Part shown: positions 56,740 through 64,000 of the stretch, one piece after another | Layout of the letters: each line of letters begins with the position of its first letter | Position numbering within the stretch: the stretch's first letter is position 1 | From: a bacterium | GTDB taxonomy: Bacteria; Electryoneota; B3-LCP | NCBI GenBank assembly: GCA_026394195.1 | Contig: JAPKYS010000023.1 | Span: 333,339-397,338, forward strand | Length of the DNA stretch: 64,000 nucleotides | Direction of reading: 5' to 3' | Notes under the pieces: generated by a model | Told to the model about the DNA's origin: nothing | What the model saw: the letters and a program-made list of their open reading frames with translations, nothing else | Database searches by the model: none | Position numbers and translations under genes: made by a program

Positions 56740-59388
56740 GTGACAAAAATGCACGACCGAATCACACATCTGCTCCTGGTGGTCATGGTGGTTGCCTTCG
56801 CGGTGACCAGTTATGCTTCCGCCCCTTTGAAGATGAATTCCGATCTTGAAACCCTGGGCTGCGTCGTCGTACAATTCTCACCACAACTGGGCGACATTCG
56901 AGTCGAAAACCAGGATGGAGTGGCTACGATCGGCAACGAAGATCTTGACGCACTGGCAAGACAATTCGGAGTTTATCAAATTGAACGCGCCATACCCATA
57001 GTTAAACCTCCCAAGAACCCGAACAGCCCCGACTTGACACGCTGGTATCGTGTGCTCTTCCCCGAAGATATTGACCTGCGTGTTGTTGCAGCGAAATATG
57101 CCGAGAACCCGTTCATCCTCTGTGCCGAAACCGAACACAATGCGAAAGTCGATTACATCCCAACCGACCCGCTTTTCACGACTCAATGGGCAATGGCTAA
57201 GGTGAATGCTCCTATCGCCTACAACTATACGCTCGGCAGCCGCGACGTCATCGTCAGCATCATCGATTCCGGTACGGATACCGCTCATGCTGATCTTCGC
57301 CAGAGCCTCTGGATAAATCCGATTGAAGATCTAAACCACAATGGCATGATCGAAGTGTCGGAATGGAATAACATCGACGACGACGGGAACGGCTTCATCG
57401 ATGACTTCTGGGGCTGGAATTTCTGGCAGGGTAATAATGACGTCAATGATCCGATAACGGCTGGACATGGCAGCCACTGTGCCGGAGATGCCGCCGCTAC
57501 GACGAACAACGGCGTCGGAATCGCCAGTCTCGGAGCCACGGCGCGCATCCTCACCGCCCGCGCCGGCGATGGCCAATATGTCTACAACACTGCCTGGCGT
57601 TCCGGAATCGTCTACGCTGTGGTCATGGGCGCCAAGGTCATCTCGCTTTCATTCGGTAGCGATTACTATTCGGTGCTGGATCAGCAGGCAGTAGATTACG
57701 CCTGGAATGAAGGCGCCCTGGTGTTTGGTGCTGCTGGTAACGACGGTGTCTCCACACTTCATTATCCCGGCGCCTTAAATAATGTCATCGCCGTAGTGGC
57801 TACCAACAGCAACGATAACAAATCCAGTTTTTCCAACTATGGGAGCTGGGTGGACATCTGTGCTCCGGGTGAGAATATCCTCAGCACCGTGCCGCTGAAT
57901 TCCTACGCGAACTATGATGGGACTTCAATGGCGACTCCAATCTCAGCAGGATTGGCTGCCTTGATCTGGGCTGTAAAGCCGAATTGGAGCAACCAGCAGG
58001 TTCAAGATCAAATCATGATGACCTGCACGAACATCGACCAGCAGAACCCAGGCTATGGCGGTCTGCTGGGCGCGGGGCGAATTAATGCCGGTGCAGCGAT
58101 TTCGGCTCTCTTCCCCAACTTTGTCCTTTCCAACTTAGTCGTTGACGACGTTGGCGGCAACAACAACGGCAGGCCAGATCCGGGGGAAACTGCCAATCTC
58201 ACCTACACACTGCAGAATACTTCGCAGAACATCACGGCTCGCGGCGTGACGGTCACTTTGAGCTGCCCTGATCCCGATATCACCCTGATTAACTTAGAGA
58301 ATTACTACGGGCAAATAAACCCGGGAGCATCAGTTAACAATCAGAGCAGCCCGTTCTCGTTCTCGGTCGCCACGACTTCCCAGCCGCACATTGCCCATTT
58401 CGTTTTCACCATGGAAGACAGCGCCACAGGAATGATTCAAATTGACAGCTTGAGTCAAATCATCGGCAGACCCGCCTACGTCATTATCGATGATGATGGC
58501 GGCGCTAACTTCCAGCAGTACTACTTCAACGATTTCGATTCTCTGGGGATCGTATACGACTACTGGAACATCAACACTCAAGGTGAAATCGGTGCAGCGG
58601 ACCTGGATCTTTACACGACAGCCGTTTGGTTCACCTCGAACGAGGATAATCCCTTGAGCTCTACGGAACAGGGGCTGATCCAAACCTTCCTCCAAAGTGG
58701 AAAACGCCTGCTGCTGAGCGGCGAGGATATCGATGAGCAACTTCAAGGCACCGCCTTCTATTCAAACGTTCTCCATGCGGAATCACTCAACGGGACTGGG
58801 ACTTTCCAGGTGGCTGGAATACCGGATAATCCCATCACCAACGGCCATGCGTTGTATCTGGTTGGTTCCGGCGGAGCAGGTAACAGCCAATCATCTTCAA
58901 CGATAAATCCAGCCAACGGCAGCACATTGATCTACAACTACTCCTCCGGAATTGGCGCAGGCATCAGTTGGGATGGCGGTGTCAACCGCCTGGTCTACCT
59001 GGGCTTTAATTTCGAAGCAATCAGCACCATCAGCAATCCCAAGCGCTGGCAGGTTCTTGCGGATATCATCGCTTGGTTTGACGGCCCCTCAGCGGTAAAA
59101 CCGGAGGTTTCGACCTCCATCCCCACACAATACCTTCTGGATCAGAACTACCCCAATCCCTTCAATCCTCTGACCGAAATTAACTTCGGTTTGCCAAAGT
59201 CTGGGCATGTCAGGCTGTCAATTTACGATCTTGCCGGAAAACTTGTGACCACCCTGATCGATGGTTCGAGGTCAGCAGGTTACCAGCGCGTTAGTTTCGA
59301 TGCTTCGAAGCTAAGCAGCGGGATCTACCTCTACAGGTTGGAAGCAAACAATTTCTCAGAAACCAGGAAAATGGTTCTCCTGAAGTAA
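56740..59388 (+). CDS. Subtilisin-family (S8) serine protease with a T9SS C-terminal sorting domain
   Basis: The catalytic triad lies in the DSGTD, HGSHCAG and GTSMATP contexts. The C-terminus (NPFNPLTEINFGLPKSGHVRLSIYDLAGK...GIYLYRLEANNFSETRKMVLLK) is a Por/T9SS sorting domain. Confidence 0.9.
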   Translation: MTKMHDRITHLLLVVMVVAFAVTSYASAPLKMNSDLETLGCVVVQFSPQLGDIRVENQDGVATIGNEDLDALARQFGVYQIERAIPIVKPPKNPNSPDLTRWYRVLFPEDIDLRVVAAKYAENPFILCAETEHNAKVDYIPTDPLFTTQWAMAKVNAPIAYNYTLGSRDVIVSIIDSGTDTAHADLRQSLWINPIEDLNHNGMIEVSEWNNIDDDGNGFIDDFWGWNFWQGNNDVNDPITAGHGSHCAGDAAATTNNGVGIASLGATARILTARAGDGQYVYNTAWRSGIVYAVVMGAKVISLSFGSDYYSVLDQQAVDYAWNEGALVFGAAGNDGVSTLHYPGALNNVIAVVATNSNDNKSSFSNYGSWVDICAPGENILSTVPLNSYANYDGTSMATPISAGLAALIWAVKPNWSNQQVQDQIMMTCTNIDQQNPGYGGLLGAGRINAGAAISALFPNFVLSNLVVDDVGGNNNGRPDPGETANLTYTLQNTSQNITARGVTVTLSCPDPDITLINLENYYGQINPGASVNNQSSPFSFSVATTSQPHIAHFVFTMEDSATGMIQIDSLSQIIGRPAYVIIDDDGGANFQQYYFNDFDSLGIVYDYWNINTQGEIGAADLDLYTTAVWFTSNEDNPLSSTEQGLIQTFLQSGKRLLLSGEDIDEQLQGTAFYSNVLHAESLNGTGTFQVAGIPDNPITNGHALYLVGSGGAGNSQSSSTINPANGSTLIYNYSSGIGAGISWDGGVNRLVYLGFNFEAISTISNPKRWQVLADIIAWFDGPSAVKPEVSTSIPTQYLLDQNYPNPFNPLTEINFGLPKSGHVRLSIYDLAGKLVTTLIDGSRSAGYQRVSFDASKLSSGIYLYRLEANNFSETRKMVLLK

Positions 59389-59431
59389 TGAGCGAAACCA
59401 AAGTTGAGCCCCTAAAATATAAACCGGTTTG

Positions 59432-59462
59432 CTTGCTGCGAACCGGTTTATTATTATATTAG
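59432..59462 (+). terminator. Rho-independent terminator
   Basis: AAACCGGTT-tgcttgctgcg-AACCGGTTT followed by a T-rich tail. Confidence 0.6.
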
Positions 59463-59471
59463 TGATATGGA

Positions 59472-60362
59472 ATGGGTTCAGTCAGCATGAAACATGGTGT
59501 GGGCATTATTGGTCTCGGCGCTGTCGGTACTACCTTGGCTCGAGCCCTGGCTCGAGCCGGCCTTCGTATCCGGGCACTGATTGATCAAAAAAACAGGATC
59601 GCCCTGGCTTTACGCGATGAGTTGCATCTGGATGAATGCGCCGTCGACTTGAACCAACTTGGCGGGGAGCTCTCCTGCCTGATCATCAGCGTACCGGACG
59701 ATCAACTTCAGCAGGTTGATCGCTCAGTAGCAAGAATCGCTCATCGAATCCAGTTGTCGTTATGCGTCCATACGGCGGGCGCTCTATCCGGAGTCGTCTT
59801 GGAGAAAATAGCTGCCTGCGGTATTCCGGTCGGCTCTCTCCATCCACTACAGACTTTTACTAAAAACAGTGGCGCAGTTTTGTTGGATGGCGTTTATTTC
59901 GCTATTGAAGCTGATCCACCGGGAGCTGCGGAGCTTGGAAACCTGGTGAAAAAACTGGGAGGCATTCCGGTCCTGCTTGAACCGGGCGCCAAGGTTTACT
60001 ATCATGCTGCAGCAGTTTTTGCATCCAATTTTTTGCCGATTCTGCTCCGCTCCGCCGTTGAACTGACCGGCGCTGCGGGGATTACCGAGAAGCAGGCGCG
60101 CAAGATGTTGGAACCCTTGATGCGGAAAAGCCTGGAAAATTGTTTTCAATTAGGCGAAGCTTCCGCTTTGACCGGTCCGGTTGTAAGGGGGGATTTGAAG
60201 ACCATCAATCTGCACCTCGCTGCGCTCGATCGTTTCAACCCTCATCTGGCTGATCTATACCGCAAACTCAGCTTGAGCGCTCTTGAACTTGCCCAGGAAA
60301 AAGGGTTGGATGACGAAACAGCCAAAGCCATCTACGATTTATTTGAACGTCAGAGCGTATAA
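59472..60362 (+). CDS. NAD(P)-binding Rossmann-fold oxidoreductase-like protein (DUF2520-type)
   Basis: N-terminal GIIGLGAVGTTLARAL dinucleotide-binding motif. Helical C-terminal domain. Confidence 0.55.
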   Translation: MGSVSMKHGVGIIGLGAVGTTLARALARAGLRIRALIDQKNRIALALRDELHLDECAVDLNQLGGELSCLIISVPDDQLQQVDRSVARIAHRIQLSLCVHTAGALSGVVLEKIAACGIPVGSLHPLQTFTKNSGAVLLDGVYFAIEADPPGAAELGNLVKKLGGIPVLLEPGAKVYYHAAAVFASNFLPILLRSAVELTGAAGITEKQARKMLEPLMRKSLENCFQLGEASALTGPVVRGDLKTINLHLAALDRFNPHLADLYRKLSLSALELAQEKGLDDETAKAIYDLFERQSV

Positions 60363-60404
60363 ATTCAGCCATATAGAACCAACCCGATCAGGTTTGGGGA
60401 ATTC

Positions 60405-61970
60405 TTGGGGGTAACGATGGATCGAAAGAAAGTACTTTGGGCTGATGATGAAATCGAACTGCTTCGTCCTCACATCCTCTTTCTGGAAGAGCGTGGCTAT
60501 GACGTAACTGCAGTCACAAACGGTGAAGAGGCGATCTCACAACTGCGGCAAACTACTTTTGACGTAGTGATGTTGGATGAACACATGTCGGGCATGAGAG
60601 GCATCGCCACACTGCAGGAAATCAAATCGCTGCGTCCGGGCGTCTCTACCGTCATGATAACCAAGAGTGAAGAAGAGAAATTAATGGAGGAGGCTATTGG
60701 ACGCCAGATTGACGACTTTCTGACCAAGCCGGTAAATCCCAGCCAGATCCTGTTAGTTCTAAAGAAACTGACTGAAGCCTCGAAAATCAATCGTGATCGC
60801 ATCGCCAGGGAATATTTATCTCAATTTAATCAGATACTGAGTCTGATTTCCAGTGGAGCAAGTTGGCAGGATTGGATGGATATCCATCTCAAAATATCCG
60901 ATTGGGACATCGAATTGGAGCGGTTTTATGATCTTGGTTTGGCTGACGTGCTGCAGGATCAAAAGAATCAGTGCAACCTCGAGTTCGCTCGCTTCGTCGA
61001 AGATCATTATCACGATTGGATCAACGGGCGAAACAGCCCCACACTCTCAGTGGATATCGCCAAAAAGTACCTCGCCAATCCCCTGAAGCAAGGGAAAAAC
61101 GTTCTGTTCCTGGTTATCGATTGTTTGCGGCTGGATCAATACCTGGCCATCGAGCCACTGCTTTCCAGTCTATTCAAAATAACCAGAGATTATTACTACT
61201 CGATCCTGCCGACCTCGACTCCCTACTCACGGAATGCCATTTTCAGCGGCCTATATCCCAACGATCTGGAACGCCTCTATCCCGATCTATGGCGCAGAGG
61301 CGAAGACGATGAATCTTCGTCGAACCGGTTTGAACATCAATTGCTGGACCAACAATTGATCAAACTGGGCGTTACCCTGAGGTCGGATTCCAAGTATGTA
61401 AAAGTTTTAGATCCTGAAGAAGCCGATTCGGTCGAGCGCAAGGTCTCTTCCTATTTTAATCAGCCATTGGTCTCCATGGTTTTTAATTTCGTGGACATTC
61501 TGGCGCATGCTCGGTCAGATTCAGATGTGATCAAGGAGATGGTTCGGAACGAAGCCTCGTATCGTTCCGTGACCCGTTCGTGGTTCGAACACTCCTCGCT
61601 GATTAATATCTTACGAGCGTTCTCCACCCAGAATGTTCATATTGTCTTAACCACAGATCATGGATCAATCCGAGTCCAGAGAAACACCAAGGTCATATCG
61701 GACAAGGAAGCCTCCACCAACGTTCGCTACAAGCATGGGCGCAATTTGAAATCCGAAGACAAACACGCCCTGTTCATCCGCGATCCCGGGGACTACAAAT
61801 TGCCCAGGCGTGGTATCAACGTGAACTACATACTTGCAAAGGAAGACTATTATTTCGTCTATCCCACCAATTTCCACAAATATGTTAATCTCTACAAGAA
61901 CAGCTTCCAGCACGGAGGCATTTCCTTGGAGGAGATGATTCTGCCGGTTATTTTATTGGAACCGCGTTAG
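60405..61970 (+). CDS. porX: PorX-like response regulator: CheY receiver fused to a PglZ (alkaline-phosphatase-like) domain
   Basis: Receiver layout VLWADDEIELL...VMLDEHMSGMRG...TKS. The C-terminus has the PglZ signatures LVIDCLRLDQY and LTTDHGS. About 520 aa, as in P. gingivalis PorX. Confidence 0.8.
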   Translation: MGVTMDRKKVLWADDEIELLRPHILFLEERGYDVTAVTNGEEAISQLRQTTFDVVMLDEHMSGMRGIATLQEIKSLRPGVSTVMITKSEEEKLMEEAIGRQIDDFLTKPVNPSQILLVLKKLTEASKINRDRIAREYLSQFNQILSLISSGASWQDWMDIHLKISDWDIELERFYDLGLADVLQDQKNQCNLEFARFVEDHYHDWINGRNSPTLSVDIAKKYLANPLKQGKNVLFLVIDCLRLDQYLAIEPLLSSLFKITRDYYYSILPTSTPYSRNAIFSGLYPNDLERLYPDLWRRGEDDESSSNRFEHQLLDQQLIKLGVTLRSDSKYVKVLDPEEADSVERKVSSYFNQPLVSMVFNFVDILAHARSDSDVIKEMVRNEASYRSVTRSWFEHSSLINILRAFSTQNVHIVLTTDHGSIRVQRNTKVISDKEASTNVRYKHGRNLKSEDKHALFIRDPGDYKLPRRGINVNYILAKEDYYFVYPTNFHKYVNLYKNSFQHGGISLEEMILPVILLEPR

Positions 61971-61980
61971 AAGGGTTGCG

Positions 61981-62475
61981 GTGATCAGAATTCTCTCCAA
62001 AGGACCTGAACAAACTGCTCAAATCGGCGCGACTACCGCTGCATTTCTGCGTGGAGGCTGCGCCGTTGCCTTGATCGGGGAGCTGGGAGCAGGAAAAACG
62101 GTATTCGTTCAGGGAATTGCGTCGCAACTAGGCTACACCGGAACAGTTACCAGCCCGACCTTCACACTCGTTCACCAGTATGATACCAACCCCGTTATCT
62201 TTCATCTGGATTGCTTTCGGCTGAGGTCTCCGAGGGATTTTGCTTCTGTCGGCATCGAAGAATATCAGCGTCCAGACAGCGTTCTGATCGTCGAATGGGC
62301 GGATTTGATCGCCGATTATGTTGATCAGTGGTGTTGGCGGGTTCAGTTTGAATACGGAGCTGATGCTTTGGGTGACCGCGTCATCCGGATTGACCGGATC
62401 GGTCAGCATGATAATCCAACTGTTGAGAGAAACTTACTGGAGGCTCTTAAATCGCTGGGAGTGCAGATCCTATGA
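61981..62475 (+). CDS. tsaE: tRNA t6A37 biosynthesis protein TsaE (YjeE)
   Basis: The P-loop is GELGAGKTVFVQG. Confidence 0.85.
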   Translation: MIRILSKGPEQTAQIGATTAAFLRGGCAVALIGELGAGKTVFVQGIASQLGYTGTVTSPTFTLVHQYDTNPVIFHLDCFRLRSPRDFASVGIEEYQRPDSVLIVEWADLIADYVDQWCWRVQFEYGADALGDRVIRIDRIGQHDNPTVERNLLEALKSLGVQIL

Positions 62476-63143
62476 TTTTGGTTATTGAAACCAGCGGCAG
62501 CAGTTGCGGGGTGGCGCTATGGGATCGACAAAAGGTGGCAGCGCGGGAGAGATTGGACCAGTTGCGCCATAATGAGATTTTACTGGAACAAGTCCAAGAC
62601 ATTCTTCAACAATGCAAGATAGCAGGACGTGATCTGGGCGCTATCGCGGTGTCGATCGGACCGGGTTCATTTACCGGTTTGCGCGTTGGACTGGCTACAG
62701 CCAAAGGTCTTTGTTGGTCCTGGAAAATACCATTGATTACCGTTCCCACCCTGCAAGCGATCGCTGCTTCGCTTCCAATTTCAAATGGTAGAATTACGGC
62801 GGTCCTCCCCGCCCGAGCCGAGGAAGTTTATTGGGCTCAGTTTGAACGGCAATCCGGCAATCTGCTACAAATCACCAGTGAAAAAGTCAGCAGAGTAACC
62901 GATTTGCCAAATTTGATATCCGGTGAAACTTTCCTGCTGGGTGAAGGGTATTTTAAACATGAAGCGCTGCTGGACAGCTTGTTTGGGGATAGGTTAAGTC
63001 GCTTGCCTGATGGAATGCGCCCCATCCCTCTTGTGGAGAGTGTTGCTCAATTGGCATTCGATAATTTTCTGGCCGGCAAGTTTGCTGATCTCATGAAAGC
63101 TGAACCGTTTTACTGCTACGAATTTCCCAGAAAGCATTCTTGA
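62472..63143 (+). CDS. tsaB: tRNA t6A37 biosynthesis protein TsaB (YeaZ)
   Basis: The N-terminus is ILVIETSGSSCGVAL. Its start overlaps the tsaE stop. Confidence 0.85.
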   Translation: MILVIETSGSSCGVALWDRQKVAARERLDQLRHNEILLEQVQDILQQCKIAGRDLGAIAVSIGPGSFTGLRVGLATAKGLCWSWKIPLITVPTLQAIAASLPISNGRITAVLPARAEEVYWAQFERQSGNLLQITSEKVSRVTDLPNLISGETFLLGEGYFKHEALLDSLFGDRLSRLPDGMRPIPLVESVAQLAFDNFLAGKFADLMKAEPFYCYEFPRKHS

Positions 63144-63994
63144 TTATGGAATTATTTCGCATCGGGTTTCTCAATTTCACCGTCATCGACCTGCTGGATA
63201 TCCTGGCTGTATATCTGGTCTTCTATCAGCTCTATCTGATCATGAAGGGGACCCGGGCATCACAGATGTTCGCCGGGTTGATCTTGATATTCATCGCCTC
63301 GTTCGTAGTGCAGTTATTGGGAATGCAGGGCATGTCCTGGTTGATCCAATCGGTCACCACGGTTTGGGTCATAGCGTTCGTTATCATTTTCCAACCCGAA
63401 TTGCGTAGACTTTTGGTGCAAATCGGACAGACCAAGTTGTTGCGCGCCATCGTCAAGGAGCGCGGCGCCTCGACACTGGATGAAGTGGTCAGAGCCGCGG
63501 AAATCCTCTCGCAGAAAAGGTACGGCGCACTGATCGTATTTCAGGGAATGACCGGCATTCGGGGTATCGTTGAAACCGGGACCCCCATTCGAGCTGAAGT
63601 CAGTTCGGATCTGATCGTTTCCATCTTCTTCCCTCGAACCCCTCTGCATGACGGTGCCTTGATCATTCGAGGCGACGTCATCGAAGCCGCCAAGTGTCTG
63701 CTCCCGCTGACCGAAAATCCCAGCGTGGACGCCTCCATGGGTACCAGACACAGAGCCGCTTTGGGGATTACGGAAGAATACGACGCCACGGTGGTAGTTG
63801 TTTCAGAAGAAACCGGCAAGATCTCTATCGCACGTGAAGGACGTTTTCTAGGGCGAGATTATGACTCAGAGCATTTGCGTAGACAGCTGACCAAACTATT
63901 CTTCGAAAGCACGATCGAAACCCCGGCGAGCAATCTGAAACCACGCAGTATTATCGATAAACTGCTGGCTCAGGAAAAGACGCAATTGGATTGA
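63140..63994 (+). CDS. cdaA: Diadenylate cyclase CdaA (c-di-AMP synthase)
   Basis: Three N-terminal transmembrane segments. The DAC domain has DGALIIRGD and GTRHRAALGITE...VVVVSEETG. Confidence 0.85.
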   Translation: MIMELFRIGFLNFTVIDLLDILAVYLVFYQLYLIMKGTRASQMFAGLILIFIASFVVQLLGMQGMSWLIQSVTTVWVIAFVIIFQPELRRLLVQIGQTKLLRAIVKERGASTLDEVVRAAEILSQKRYGALIVFQGMTGIRGIVETGTPIRAEVSSDLIVSIFFPRTPLHDGALIIRGDVIEAAKCLLPLTENPSVDASMGTRHRAALGITEEYDATVVVVSEETGKISIAREGRFLGRDYDSEHLRRQLTKLFFESTIETPASNLKPRSIIDKLLAQEKTQLD

Positions 63995-64000
63995 TGACAT

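Noticed and set aside
1-64000. CRISPR arrays, transposases/IS elements, integrases and prophage genes.
   Set aside because: No direct-repeat arrays with regular spacers were seen. No DDE transposase or tyrosine/serine recombinase motifs were seen. No terminal inverted repeats flank any gene block. The window looks like stable chromosomal backbone.

Overview
This is a gene-dense (about 90% coding), roughly 50% GC chromosomal segment from a bacterium that carries type IX secretion (T9SS) markers. Two large secreted proteins have Por/T9SS C-terminal sorting domains, and there is a PorX-like receiver+PglZ regulator. The segment also encodes a flagellin with a σ28-type promoter, so the source is most plausibly an uncultured lineage of the Fibrobacteres-Chlorobi-Bacteroidetes (FCB) group. 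All calls rest on motif recognition by eye; no searches were run. Housekeeping genes recognised are lon, engB, nrdJ, ssrA (tmRNA), rlmN, selA, a flagellin, nadC, a UvrD/PcrA helicase, mltG, tsaE, tsaB and cdaA. The accessory loci that stand out are:
- A predicted novel NADH-linked flavin/iron-sulfur oxidoreductase operon. It encodes NuoE-like, NuoF-like, a NuoG/HydA N-terminal-like ferredoxin and a glutamate-synthase FMN-domain protein, and is preceded by two tandem genes for small proteins with internally duplicated 4-Cys motifs (DUF1540-like).
- An orphan pair of bacterial-microcompartment hexamer (BMC-H) shell genes with no cargo or vertex genes nearby.
- A single uncharacterised 405-aa gene with a DprA/SLOG-like Rossmann domain, lying immediately 3' of the tmRNA gene.
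- A MoxR-DUF58 module followed by a putative β-barrel::SppA fusion, a TPR::thioredoxin protein, an M16 peptidase pair and an outer-membrane β-barrel.
- An nfeD-SPFH operon interrupted by two small unknown genes.
- A TatD::radical-SAM fusion.
- A GH57 α-glucan (glycogen) cluster.
No CRISPR array, integrase or transposase was seen.
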